From: Candidatus Gottesmanbacteria bacterium
GTDB taxonomy: Bacteria > Patescibacteriota > Microgenomatia > UBA10105 > UBA927
Length of the DNA: 64,000 nucleotides
Direction: 5' to 3'
Assembly: GCA_023245355.1 (NCBI GenBank)
Contig: JAHFKN010000001.1
Location: forward strand, 139,528-203,527
The notes under the pieces: model-generated
Seen by the model: the letters and a program-made list of their open reading frames with translations, nothing else
The model's database searches: none
Told to the model about the DNA's origin: nothing
Shown: piece by piece, positions 49,878-59,627 of the stretch
Layout: every line of letters starts with the position of its first letter
Numbering within the stretch: position 1 is the stretch's first letter
Position numbers and translations under genes: made by a program

Positions 49878-49961
49878 GGGCTCATTATAGCGGAAATTAC
49901 TATAGTGCAACATGGGTTATGTTCTTGCCAAAAGAAAGACCTTTGAGGTACGCTACCCTAT

Positions 49962-50249
49962 ATGAGCAAATACAGGGCTGCAGTGCAGCAAATGCTGGAA
50001 GAAAACAAGGAATTGTTTGACGAATTCAAGCCCATTCACGACGCGTATGTTCTCAACCCTCAGGCCAATCAGGCCAAGTATAACGCCATAGGCAGCACGG
50101 TGATGGACGTTATCCGCGACTATGAACGCAAACTCTGCGCCAAAATGGGAGCCGGGCAATACAGTAAGTTCAGTATGAACCTTTCCGAAAAATTCATGGA
50201 GGAAATAAAAGGCATCTACTCCAAAATCATGTTTATCGGCGTGGAATAA
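49962..50249 (+). CDS. Hypothetical protein
   Basis: 95-aa helical ORF. Confidence 0.65.
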   Translation: MSKYRAAVQQMLEENKELFDEFKPIHDAYVLNPQANQAKYNAIGSTVMDVIRDYERKLCAKMGAGQYSKFSMNLSEKFMEEIKGIYSKIMFIGVE

Positions 50250-50271
50250 TATCGGCTCCGGACTACCGGCA

Positions 50272-50883
50272 TTATTTCTTTTTCTGCAGTCTGTTTCTGA
50301 TGTTTCGGACCGACCGCTTCAGATCAAAATAATCAAACAGTTCCGCATGCCAGCCCAGAGACAGTGCCGCATCGATATTTGGTTGCCGGTCATCAATAAA
50401 TAAAATTTCGTCGGGATTCACACGGGCTTTTGTCCGGGCAATATCGTATATTTTGCGGTCTGGCTTTACGGCACGGACCTGAGCCGATTCGATAATCACG
50501 TCCCATCCCACATCCGGGATCTTCCCTTTACGAAGCAGCGCGTCAATAGTTCCCAGCTCCGCATTGGACAGAATGCCGAGCCGGTATCCGCCGGTAAGTT
50601 CGTGTATGAGATCGTGCGTCTCCTGATAATGCCCCTGATATTCAGTGATAAAATCCACAAAATCGTCTTTGGGGTGCTCAATCCGGAACGTGGCTTTAAA
50701 ATCCCTAAGATACGCTTTGTTGTCCAGATTCCCGAGACACGATTCCCGCCAATTTTCATCAAAAAACGTCTGGATCGCTTCGGCATCCAAATGAAATTCC
50801 CGGGCTAAACCGCGTTTCGTCTGCTCGTTATCTATGACAACCCCGCCCAGATCGAAATAAATAAAAGAAATCTTTTTTTTCAT
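50272..50883 (-). CDS. HAD family hydrolase
   Basis: FDLGGV, LSN, KPD and FIDD. Confidence 0.9.
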   Translation of the reverse strand: MKKKISFIYFDLGGVVIDNEQTKRGLAREFHLDAEAIQTFFDENWRESCLGNLDNKAYLRDFKATFRIEHPKDDFVDFITEYQGHYQETHDLIHELTGGYRLGILSNAELGTIDALLRKGKIPDVGWDVIIESAQVRAVKPDRKIYDIARTKARVNPDEILFIDDRQPNIDAALSLGWHAELFDYFDLKRSVRNIRNRLQKKK

Positions 50884-50915
50884 ACGGACTATGGCATCCG
50901 GGCGGATCACCCTAC

Positions 50916-51638
50916 TTAGCGCACCGACTCGTTCGCTTTCTGTTCCAATGTATCGTTTAGCAAAGCGAGCGTGCCAAGTGCTTTCTCAAGAAGCCAATCG
51001 GCAATCGCAGGATTTTTCGGCAGCAGGGGACCATGGAAGTAACTGCCGATCGCGTTTTTATATATTACCCCTTCCCACCCGTCATCGCCGTTGTTCCCGT
51101 TTCCGCTGATTACTTTTGCAAGCGGTTTCATTTTGGGACCCAAATGCGTCCTGCCGCCGTGGTTTTCAAACCCGACAATAACCGTTCCTGCGAGTACATG
51201 CGGATTCACGATTTCGGCACGCACGTTACCGATAAGTCTTTTTGCCTGATCTCCGGGATGTTCGGTCGTAAGGTCAAAAATGCCGGCACCGGGAATAGTA
51301 TCCCCCTGATACGGCTTATAATAGCGCCCGACAAACTGATATGCAGCGCAGACAAACAACGCGGGGATATTGCTTTCTACCATCTTTTTTACGACGGGAC
51401 CTTTCCGTTTCAGGAAATCCTCACCGGCGAGTTTCTGCTGCCGGTCCTGTGCGCCCCCCATAAATATCAGACCGCAGGATTCCAATACGGATACCGGCGT
51501 TTCCAGGGTAACCGGTACAATATCCGCCCGTACACCGCGCCAGGAGCTTCGTCTTTCCAGCACTATCACGTTCCCGCGGTCTCCGTACGTACTCATGAGA
51601 TCGGGATACAGCCATGCAATGCGGATTGATTTTTTCAT
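50916..51638 (-). CDS. gatD: Lipid II amidotransferase glutaminase subunit (GatD/CobQ-like)
   Basis: LYPDLMSTYGDRGN, GGAQDRQQ, GFENHGG and HGPLLPKNP. Confidence 0.9.
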   Translation of the reverse strand: MKKSIRIAWLYPDLMSTYGDRGNVIVLERRSSWRGVRADIVPVTLETPVSVLESCGLIFMGGAQDRQQKLAGEDFLKRKGPVVKKMVESNIPALFVCAAYQFVGRYYKPYQGDTIPGAGIFDLTTEHPGDQAKRLIGNVRAEIVNPHVLAGTVIVGFENHGGRTHLGPKMKPLAKVISGNGNNGDDGWEGVIYKNAIGSYFHGPLLPKNPAIADWLLEKALGTLALLNDTLEQKANESVR

Positions 51639-52927
51639 AAAATCTTTCTCCCTTTCAGGATTTTCCGCGCTTCCAGCATGGCAGAATACGTCGCCAGTAC
51701 ATACAGCGGCTCATGAGTGTTACGTTCCCGCGCATGCATAAAAGCCAGAGACAGATCCGTAAATACCTGAGGCTCTCTGCCGGCGGGAGACGCGTATTTC
51801 AGCCTGAGTGCCATATCGTATGCCCTATCCCCACTTACCAAAACGGTGGCAGAGGGCGGAACCGTTTCGAAATCCACATCCCAAATCCAGCTTACGTCTC
51901 TTCCGTCAGGAATACGGTCATTTAATACAAACAGCAGCTCTTTGGCTCCCATATCCAGTACGGTACGCAATGAGGCGTTAAACCCGGCCGGATTTTTCGA
52001 CAAAAACAGTTTGACGGTTTTACCCGCCGACTCTATCTCTTCCTGACGGCCGAACGCAGGGGCAAATGACTGGAGTGACTTTTTGATCGCTGATTCCGGA
52101 ATACCCAGGGATTTGGCCAGGGCGACGGCGGCCAGCGTATTATATTGGTTATACAGCCCCGGCAGCGTGCTCGGCCAGCGGTTCACTGTCGGATCCGGAC
52201 GCGTAAATGAGCATCCCGTGCACTTCCATACGCCGATATGCGAATAATACACGCCGCGGTACGTTAACCTGCGGCCGCAGCTCGGGCAAAACGTCGAATC
52301 CGTGGCGTGCTCCCTGACGCTAAGATACTTTCCGGCGTCATTTAATCCGTAATAAACGGCCTTACCTTTGACGGACGTGCCGATAAACGCCACGGCCGGG
52401 TCATCGCTGTTGAGAATAAACACGGTTTCCTTCGGAAGTGCAGACAACGCACGGATCCATTTTTCCACGATCACGTCTACTTCGCCGTACCGGTCCAGCT
52501 GATCGCGGAACAGATTGAGGAGAATTACCCGCTTGGGCGTCATGTACCGCAAAATGACGGGAAGTGAATTTTCATCAATCTCAAAAATACCCACGTCCGC
52601 GCGCACGCGCCCCAGCCAATCTGCATTCCGTATGAATGATGAAACCACGCCGTTTATCAAATTGGCGCCCGTCGCATTATGCACCACGCTGTCACCGATA
52701 TGTTCAAGGATTGTTTTTACCATCAGCGACGTCGTCGTCTTACCGTTGGTGCCGGCTACCAGGATTACGCCGTCTGACAGCCGTTCTGAAAGTGCAGTCG
52801 CGATATTTGGCCGCAGCATGAGGGCCACTTCCCCCGGCCAGGTTTCTCCTGCTCCCAACCCAAGCAGCGTGCTGGTGAAAGATACAAGTTTCGTGAGAAT
52901 AACTACGAGGCGGTCAAACAAGCCCAT
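51635..52927 (-). CDS. murT: Lipid II amidotransferase MurT subunit
   Basis: GTNGKTTT, NLFRDQLDRYGE, Cys4 Zn site, KNPAG and DGRDVSWIWD. Confidence 0.92.
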   Translation of the reverse strand: MGLFDRLVVILTKLVSFTSTLLGLGAGETWPGEVALMLRPNIATALSERLSDGVILVAGTNGKTTTSLMVKTILEHIGDSVVHNATGANLINGVVSSFIRNADWLGRVRADVGIFEIDENSLPVILRYMTPKRVILLNLFRDQLDRYGEVDVIVEKWIRALSALPKETVFILNSDDPAVAFIGTSVKGKAVYYGLNDAGKYLSVREHATDSTFCPSCGRRLTYRGVYYSHIGVWKCTGCSFTRPDPTVNRWPSTLPGLYNQYNTLAAVALAKSLGIPESAIKKSLQSFAPAFGRQEEIESAGKTVKLFLSKNPAGFNASLRTVLDMGAKELLFVLNDRIPDGRDVSWIWDVDFETVPPSATVLVSGDRAYDMALRLKYASPAGREPQVFTDLSLAFMHARERNTHEPLYVLATYSAMLEARKILKGRKIL

Positions 52928-52965
52928 ACCCTCATTATCGCGCAACATGGGCTCGCAAGGCAAAC

Positions 52966-53457
52966 TTATGCTATCGGCGCATTGAGAAATACGTGGACAA
53001 AAACTTCCTTCCCTTTATAGGTAACCGTCTCTACGCCGACCGAAACGGGCACGTCGGGATAATCCTCAACGATCCTGTACCGATACTGCCAATCTCCGTC
53101 CGCCGGAGGAGTCACCTCTTCATGCAAACGCGTTTTGTCGGCAAATACTGACAGCTGTTTTTTAAGATACGCGATAACCTGCGATTCATGTATGCCGAGA
53201 GCTGATAGTTTTTCCGGAGACACAATGCCGCCGGCAAATACCCGGGTTGCCATATCAGTACCGATACGGGCAATCTCCTGACCGCCTCCCACACGTTTGA
53301 CTATCCAGTGATCATTGTATTCCGCTTGAAGTTCGGGAAACGACAATTCCGCCGCTTTGAGCGTAAACGGTCCGCGTGGCACATCCTGATACACACTTGT
53401 ACCGGCGTACCCGGATTTCAATCCTTTGGTCAGTATGTTTTCCGCATTACTCTTCAT
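52966..53457 (-). CDS. Hypothetical protein
   Basis: 163-aa ORF (GYAG..Y.D.W..GGGQE). Confidence 0.6.
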   Translation of the reverse strand: MKSNAENILTKGLKSGYAGTSVYQDVPRGPFTLKAAELSFPELQAEYNDHWIVKRVGGGQEIARIGTDMATRVFAGGIVSPEKLSALGIHESQVIAYLKKQLSVFADKTRLHEEVTPPADGDWQYRYRIVEDYPDVPVSVGVETVTYKGKEVFVHVFLNAPIA

Positions 53458-53460
53458 GAT

Positions 53461-54357
53461 TTACATGGAACGGAGCCGTTTAATTCTGTCTTCCAGCGGA
53501 GGATGCGTATTAAAGGCATTGGCAAACCATGCCCCGAAATTCTTGCCTTTGAACGGATTCGTGATGTACAGGTGTGCCGTCGCGTTCGTTGCCGCTTCCA
53601 GCACCTCTTTGTCCCGTCCTAATTTTTCCAGTGCGCGGGCTAACCCTTCCGGATAGCGCGTCAGTTTCGCTCCCGATGCATCGGCCAGATATTCACGGTT
53701 GCGTGACGCGGCAAGCTGGATAAGAGAAGCAATGATCGGCGAAATAAGTGCCAACACGATGCCGACGATCAGCATGAGACCTCCCAATCCGCGGTCATCA
53801 TCTCTGTCCCTGTGCCCGCCCCACCATAATGTTCTCAAAAATATATCAGCCAGATACGCTACCGTACCGACGAGAACCGCAATAACCGCCATGAGCCGGG
53901 TATCAAAATTCTTAATATGCGACAACTCGTGCGCGATAACTCCCTCGAGCTCCCTGCGTTCAAGCTGCGCTAAAATCCCCGTCGTGGCGACGACGACCGC
54001 GTGCTGAGGATCCCGCCCGGTAGCAAAAGCATTCATGGCCGTATCTTCGATGACATATAACCTGGGCTTGGGAATTCCCCCGGCGATTGCTAAGTTTTCG
54101 GCAACCGTGTAAAAGTCAAAATCCCGTTTTCTGTCTGCAGGACGCGCTCCCGACATAGCCAAAATAAGGGAATCCCCCCAGTAATAACTGACAAAGCTGG
54201 AGATTACGGAAAACAGCACGGCAAACCACATGAAGCTGGTGCCATATCCCAGTGACACGCCCAGCACGTACGAAACCAGGATAACAAATGCCACGAATGC
54301 GGCCATGATCACATACGTCTTAGTGACGTTAGACTGTATGGCAGAGGAAATTGTCAT
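53461..54357 (-). CDS. htpX: Zinc metalloprotease HtpX
   Basis: NAFATG, HELSH, REYLAD and THPP. Confidence 0.95.
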   Translation of the reverse strand: MTISSAIQSNVTKTYVIMAAFVAFVILVSYVLGVSLGYGTSFMWFAVLFSVISSFVSYYWGDSLILAMSGARPADRKRDFDFYTVAENLAIAGGIPKPRLYVIEDTAMNAFATGRDPQHAVVVATTGILAQLERRELEGVIAHELSHIKNFDTRLMAVIAVLVGTVAYLADIFLRTLWWGGHRDRDDDRGLGGLMLIVGIVLALISPIIASLIQLAASRNREYLADASGAKLTRYPEGLARALEKLGRDKEVLEAATNATAHLYITNPFKGKNFGAWFANAFNTHPPLEDRIKRLRSM

Positions 54358-54911
54358 TATTCGAAGCTAACTTTCACACTCTTACGTTCTGCTTCGTCGG
54401 CTGCGAAGAATTCCTTCTCATGAAATCCGAGCATTTCGTTCACTAACGTATTGGGGAACGTACGGATCTTGATGTTGTAGTCGTTTACGACGGAATTGTA
54501 ATACTGTCTGCTGTAGGCTACTTTGTCTTCCGTATCCGAAAGTTCTTTCTGCAACTGGGTAAAATTTTCATTTGCCTTAAGCTGCGGATAATTCTCTGCG
54601 ACGGCAAACAGCTTGCCGAGCGCTCCTGTCAGCATATCGCTTGCCTTAGCCTTATCCGGCAATGATGTCGCACCCATCAGGGCGCTCCTGGCTTTTGTCA
54701 CATCGGAAAATACCGTTTTTTCATGTTTGGCATATCCTTTGACAGTGCTCACGAGATTCGGAATCAGGTCCGCCCGGCGCTTAAGCTGGATATCAATCTG
54801 ACTCCATGCTTCTTCTATCTGCGTTTTGAGCGTCACTAATCCGTTATACAGTGTCCAGAAATACGTAAGGAGAAGAGCAATTGCGCCGAGGATAATCCAC
54901 AATGTATTCAT
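54357..54911 (-). CDS. lemA: LemA family protein
   Basis: AWSQIDIQLKRRADLIPNLV and ENYPQLKA. Confidence 0.95.
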   Translation of the reverse strand: MNTLWIILGAIALLLTYFWTLYNGLVTLKTQIEEAWSQIDIQLKRRADLIPNLVSTVKGYAKHEKTVFSDVTKARSALMGATSLPDKAKASDMLTGALGKLFAVAENYPQLKANENFTQLQKELSDTEDKVAYSRQYYNSVVNDYNIKIRTFPNTLVNEMLGFHEKEFFAADEAERKSVKVSFE

Positions 54912-54928
54912 AAAAATTCTCCTTCCGG

Positions 54929-56707
54929 TTAACCCGCATTTTTGGTTAACCACGATGTGAAATCATTATAGCCTAAGGTATTTGTGATGTCACGTTTTTG
55001 GGCCCATCCCCGGCGGGCGACCGATACCCCGTATTGCATGAGGTCCATGTGTTCTGACGCATGAGCATCAGTATCTATAACCAGGCGGATCCCATCTTTG
55101 ACAGCATCGTATACCAGCGTATCGGGCAAATCGAGCCGCTCAGGAAACGCGTTGATTTCGAGGGCAATATCATGCGCTTTAGCCACCGCAAACACTTTGG
55201 GCCAATCCGCGTCCACTCCTTCACGGCTCCCCAATAGTCTGCCGGTCGGATGCCCGAGAATGCGTACCTTCGGGTGCTTTGTAAGAGCACTGATAAGCCG
55301 CGCGGTAACCTGTGCCTTCGGCTGGGTAAATGCCGAGTGAACCGATACGATCACCGCATCGACATAAGCAAACGCTTTCTCCGGCAGCGCTAAGCCGCCG
55401 TCCGGCAGGATATCCACTTCACACATCAGAAACATACGTACGCGTTGCTTTTGCGTTGGCTTCCAGGAAGCATATTGCGTTTCATACGCATCTTTTCTCC
55501 GCTTCATGATATCCACTATTTCGTTTGCCGTCTGATTGGCCCGCGGATTATGATCGGAAAATCCTATGTATTCGTACCCTAACTGTTCGGCTTTGGTAAG
55601 CAATTCATGGACGGAATTTTTCCCAAGGTCGTGCGACGAATGCAGATCATAATTGGAATGTACATGCAGGTCTCCCAGGATATCGCCGGGTGCTACCAGT
55701 TTGGGAAGCTTACCTGTCTTTGCCGCAGCAATTTCCCCTTTGTCTTCCCGCAATTCCGGCGGAATCATCGGCAATCCGACCGCTTTATAGAACGCCTCTT
55801 CGGTGCTGTATTTTTTGATTTTGCCGGTTTTCACATCTTTGATGCCGTATTCATTGAGGGATTTACCCTGTTCGAGAGCCAGTGTGCGCAACTGGATATT
55901 GTGATTCTTGCTGCCGGTAAAATACTGCAGCATCGCGCCGTATGCTTCGGGCGTCTGTACCCGAAGATCCGCCTGCCTGCCGTTTGACAGCAACAGCGTG
56001 GCTCCCCTGGGGCCATGATCGATTATTTTCTGATGGGGAAAGGTGAGGAACCGTTCCAAAACGGCTTCCGGTTTGCGCGTTGCCACTGCAATATCGATAT
56101 CCCCGACCGTCGATACCTGACGCCTGAGACTCCCGAGGACATCTATCCGCTCAGTCCCACCGCCTTTTTCAATATACGAGATGACTTCACGTGCGACTTG
56201 ATCCGCATACGGCAGCGGCATACGGTTTTCTTTGATTGCGCCGCGTTTATAAATGCCGATTGATTCTAAAATTACGGACTGGGATTTCTCGCCGAATCCC
56301 TCTATCGGAGCAATTTTTCCTGCCTTTGCGGCCTTTTCCAAATCCGCAATCACGGTATTTGCATTCTTGAGCTTCAACGTAGTTACCAGTTGATAGGCTT
56401 TTTTCGGGCCCAACCCCGGTACCAACAGCAGCGGGAAAATCGCCTGCGGCACGCTGGCAAATACCGTTTCCCAATGCTTTGATTTCCCGAAACGGAACAG
56501 TTCATCCAGATTGCTGGCAATTCCCCCGCCTACTCCGGGGATTTCCTCGAGCTTATGATCGTCCCAATAATCCTTCACTTCGCTTGTTAGATGTTCAATG
56601 CTGTCTGCTGCGCGTTCGTACGCGATAATGCGGAAACGGTTCTCTCCGAGTACTAAATATGCCGCGGCAACTTTCCGAAGTATCGTCGCTATTTCGAGGT
56701 TTGTCAT
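54929..56707 (-). CDS. polX: DNA polymerase X with PHP domain
   Basis: GSLRR..GDIDI, YFTGSKNHN, LNEYG, DLHVHS, GHPTGR and DTDAH. Confidence 0.94.
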   Translation of the reverse strand: MTNLEIATILRKVAAAYLVLGENRFRIIAYERAADSIEHLTSEVKDYWDDHKLEEIPGVGGGIASNLDELFRFGKSKHWETVFASVPQAIFPLLLVPGLGPKKAYQLVTTLKLKNANTVIADLEKAAKAGKIAPIEGFGEKSQSVILESIGIYKRGAIKENRMPLPYADQVAREVISYIEKGGGTERIDVLGSLRRQVSTVGDIDIAVATRKPEAVLERFLTFPHQKIIDHGPRGATLLLSNGRQADLRVQTPEAYGAMLQYFTGSKNHNIQLRTLALEQGKSLNEYGIKDVKTGKIKKYSTEEAFYKAVGLPMIPPELREDKGEIAAAKTGKLPKLVAPGDILGDLHVHSNYDLHSSHDLGKNSVHELLTKAEQLGYEYIGFSDHNPRANQTANEIVDIMKRRKDAYETQYASWKPTQKQRVRMFLMCEVDILPDGGLALPEKAFAYVDAVIVSVHSAFTQPKAQVTARLISALTKHPKVRILGHPTGRLLGSREGVDADWPKVFAVAKAHDIALEINAFPERLDLPDTLVYDAVKDGIRLVIDTDAHASEHMDLMQYGVSVARRGWAQKRDITNTLGYNDFTSWLTKNAG

Positions 56708-56783
56708 AGTACAAATGCTTTCCTGATCATAACAAATCGCTTGAACGGCCTCAATTATCATGATAAGATTGTGGTCAGTTCCT

Positions 56784-56858
56784 GGGATCGTAGCTCAGCC
56801 TGGTTAGAGCGCCTCCCTGTCAAGGAGGAGGTCGCCGGTTCGAGTCCGGTCGGTCCCG
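56784..56858 (+). tRNA. tRNA-Asp (GTC)
   Basis: GGGATCG..CCTCC-CTGTCAA-GGAGG..GGTTCGAGTCC..CGGTCCCG. Confidence 0.95.
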
Positions 56859-56906
56859 CAACACATGGGGTTTTCTATCACTGCCTGGAACGGAGGAAAT
56901 TGAATA

Positions 56907-57452
56907 ATGGTAGAACAGCTCAAGAAGAAATTAAGCAATCCCGATTCATTGGTCTCACTCTTTTTAGGCATAGCAGTCGTCGCGGTTATCGGCGTCATGA
57001 TTTTTAATTACATCAAGGAACGCAAAGCGCCGGATGTCACACAGTCTGAAACAAAAACAGAACAGAACGCGACCGGTTCTGCTGCATCTGCTTCACACAC
57101 GGTCATCGCAGGGGAAACATTGTGGAGTATTGCAGCCAGCACCATCGGAAGCGGGTATAACTGGGTAGATATACGGGACGCAAACAAGCTGACGAGTCCG
57201 GACAAGATTGAAGTCGGCCAGAAACTGCTTATTCCGCAGGTTGCCAAACGCGAGCCGGGGCAAATTAATGCAGCATCAGTAGAAGTGAAACGCCCGGCAG
57301 ACGGCAAATATACAGTGGCAGCAGGTGATTCATTGTGGAATATATCGGTCGCAGTGTACGGCACCGGGTTCCGTTGGACGGAAATTGCAAAAGCAAATAA
57401 TTTATCGAATCCGAATCTTATTTTTCGCGGCAATGTCTTAACGCTGCCGTAA
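56907..57452 (+). CDS. Membrane-anchored protein with two LysM domains
   Basis: HTVIAGETLWSIA and YTVAAGDSLWNIS repeats. Confidence 0.92.
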   Translation: MVEQLKKKLSNPDSLVSLFLGIAVVAVIGVMIFNYIKERKAPDVTQSETKTEQNATGSAASASHTVIAGETLWSIAASTIGSGYNWVDIRDANKLTSPDKIEVGQKLLIPQVAKREPGQINAASVEVKRPADGKYTVAAGDSLWNISVAVYGTGFRWTEIAKANNLSNPNLIFRGNVLTLP

Positions 57453-57467
57453 ATTTTTTTTGATACA

Positions 57468-59120
57468 CTAAAAAGGGAATCCTACACATGGGAATCCCTT
57501 ATAGCGGGCGTAGTACACTGGTAGTATATATCCTTCCCAAGGATAGGAAGAGGGTTCGATTCCCTTCGCCCGCTCCATATCGGAATTATTTTTCGAAAGT
57601 GAGCCTTTATCCCCATTTATCGACCCTTTTTCGGGTCCGAGCCGACCTTTTTCATCATCGTACTCATTTTCAATCTTTTTTAAGTAGATAAATGCTTTTT
57701 TGCCGTCAATTCGCACTAATCTGTCTTTTAAAACCAGGTCCGAGCCAAGAATCCTTAGTACCATTCTTTTAACCTCAATATCGTCAACATTGAAGATTTT
57801 GGTGACATTTGCAGCAAAGTTTAGAGTCTCTTCCATAGACTTTGTCCAGGAGGCTAAGCCGTCGGTTTCTATACTTTTTTTGGTTTGTTTTTCTTCGGTG
57901 AGGAGTCGAGTCTTTTCCTTTTGATACTCTTCCTCAGTAATCATTCCGTCGATCTTCATACCATAAAGAGATTTTTTCTCAACAAGAATTGTATCGAGTC
58001 GTTTTGTCTGTTTACCCTTTTGGGTACGTTCAAAGGCAAACTCTCGTTCATTCCGGCGCCTGAGGTTATTTTTTACCCATTCAACAAAAGCGGGGCGTAT
58101 TTCTAAACTGGCAACAAACTCTCGCACCTGTTTCTCGACCTCAATGCCATTTAAATAAGGTTGGTGGCATGGTCCCTTCTTTTTTGTACATCGAGCATAA
58201 ATAAAGGTCTGTGATGTCCCACCTTTATAGTGCTTAGTCTTTTTCTCGGCTGTAATCGCTGCACCACATTCGCCACATTTTAAGATTTTCATAAAGTAGA
58301 AGTTGTTGTGCTGAGTGAAGACTCGTTTCCGGCCGTCAATAATATCCTGAACCCTTTGATATTCGTCAAGCGTAATCATAGGTTGGTGTTTACCCTCATA
58401 TCTCTCACCAGCATAGTCAAACATCCCAGTGTAAAAAACGTTCCTAAAGAACCTAAACGATTCAGTAATGCTGACTGGTCGTCCAACTCTTCTTCGACTT
58501 CTTAACCCTAGCAAGGTTATTTTTTCGAGCGAACTAATTACGGTCTCGTCTCCAGTTAACATCAGGTCCCACCACTTTCGGCACAGGTCAAATCGTTCAG
58601 TATCAACAAGAACTTCCTTTTGACCCTTTGGTTTGAAGTAATCATTGAGGTAACCAAGCGGAGCATTTCCCGGTCTCCAGCCATTTTGCACTTTGGTATT
58701 CATGCCTCTTTTAACATTGTCAGAAAGATCCTTACTAAACTTGGTAGCCATACCAAACTCAATAAAAAGGAATGTTGAATTATTGCGATCGTAGTCCATA
58801 GTAGGGGTGACGATCAACATACCGTTATAATCGACGTGATCGATCAGAGTGCCGCCCTCCTTGGCATTACGACAGAGCCGGTCGGCTTTCCAACAGAAAA
58901 TGTGTTTTACTTCGCCTTTGGAAACTCGCTCAACCATAGCTTTAAACTCTGGACGACGGTCCGGACGTTTGGCTGATTTACTCTCCTTATAGATGCCTAT
59001 GACCGCAAAACCCTTGTCTTTAGCAAGTTCCTTACAAGTACGCTCCTGATCATCGAGGGAGAGAATTTGGCGGTCCTTATCCTCAGAGGATTTCCTACAA
59101 TAAATAAAACAAGTATTCAT
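57468..59120 (-). CDS. Large serine recombinase/integrase
   Basis: YCRKSSE, DRLCRN, APLGY and Zn ribbon CGECG..YARC..C; C-terminus reads through tRNA-Gly antisense. Confidence 0.93.
   Translation of the reverse strand: MNTCFIYCRKSSEDKDRQILSLDDQERTCKELAKDKGFAVIGIYKESKSAKRPDRRPEFKAMVERVSKGEVKHIFCWKADRLCRNAKEGGTLIDHVDYNGMLIVTPTMDYDRNNSTFLFIEFGMATKFSKDLSDNVKRGMNTKVQNGWRPGNAPLGYLNDYFKPKGQKEVLVDTERFDLCRKWWDLMLTGDETVISSLEKITLLGLRSRRRVGRPVSITESFRFFRNVFYTGMFDYAGERYEGKHQPMITLDEYQRVQDIIDGRKRVFTQHNNFYFMKILKCGECGAAITAEKKTKHYKGGTSQTFIYARCTKKKGPCHQPYLNGIEVEKQVREFVASLEIRPAFVEWVKNNLRRRNEREFAFERTQKGKQTKRLDTILVEKKSLYGMKIDGMITEEEYQKEKTRLLTEEKQTKKSIETDGLASWTKSMEETLNFAANVTKIFNVDDIEVKRMVLRILGSDLVLKDRLVRIDGKKAFIYLKKIENEYDDEKGRLGPEKGSINGDKGSLSKNNSDMERAKGIEPSSYPWEGYILPVYYARYKGFPCVGFPF
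57504..57577 (+). tRNA. tRNA-Gly (CCC), prophage integration site
   Basis: GCGGGCG..TATCC-TTCCCAA-GGATA..GGTTCGATTCC..CGCCCGCTCCA. Confidence 0.95.
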
Positions 59121-59383
59121 AATTTAGTGGCCACATCTGGTAACCGGTTGGTGTTGATGTTAACTCTTCCACGAGTTGATTCAAGTCGTTTTTTAACTAG
59201 GGCGTCAAAAAGATTGAGAAGGGCCGTGGCTTGTTCGAAGGCTTGGCTGTCCGTTAGCTTAATTCCATACTCTTTTAAGGCTATTGCTTTAAATTCATCC
59301 AATTCATCTCTGGTAATGAGCGAGTTGGTGAGTATTAATTCGTCTGTGTCCTTAGCTGGTTCTTTAGCTGAAGTTTCTGTCAT
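59117..59383 (-). CDS. Small helical protein coupled to the integrase gene (candidate directionality factor)
   Basis: ELDEFKAIALKEYGIKLTDSQAFEQATALLNLF; adjoins the integrase start. Confidence 0.7.
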   Translation of the reverse strand: MTETSAKEPAKDTDELILTNSLITRDELDEFKAIALKEYGIKLTDSQAFEQATALLNLFDALVKKRLESTRGRVNINTNRLPDVATKL

Positions 59384-59460
59384 TGTATATAACAAACGTA
59401 CAGAAACTGGTGGTTTATCTCAATAAACTTTGTGGATTTTTATGTCCACATAAGTAGACT
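59378..59460 (-). promoter_or_regulatory. Promoter/operator copy 1 (homologous to 61211-61292)
   Basis: 59421-59460 matches the reverse complement of 61211-61250 at 31/40 positions by hand count; contains TGTCCACATAAGTAGAC. Confidence 0.7.
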
Positions 59461-59498
59461 AATGTAAGTTTCTCTCCAATTTAGCCTGGGAGGTTCGA

Positions 59499-59528
59499 TT
59501 GACAGAAGGGGGTGAAATTTGGTATATT
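59499..59528 (+). promoter_or_regulatory. Sigma70-type promoter for the convergent small RNA
   Basis: TTGACA-18 nt-TATATT with extended -10 TGn. Confidence 0.65.
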
Positions 59529-59532
59529 ACTA

Positions 59533-59627
59533 GTACCGAATGATCTCGGTGGTGAAAGTACCTTTTAAGGGAGCGAATGTCGGCACAGAAATGTGATCCG
59601 TCTTGGCCACAGGGATCGAACTTTTTT
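59533..59627 (+). ncRNA. Structured RNA abutting the 3' end of the DUF3800-like gene
   Basis: Closing stem GATCTCGGTGGT/GCCACAGGGATC, inner hairpins, and a T6 tail ending at the gene's stop codon. Confidence 0.55.

Noticed and set aside
50916-52927. CobQ/cobalamin synthesis genes
   Set aside because: Pairing with a MurT-type ligase indicates lipid II amidation (MurT/GatD), a known system.
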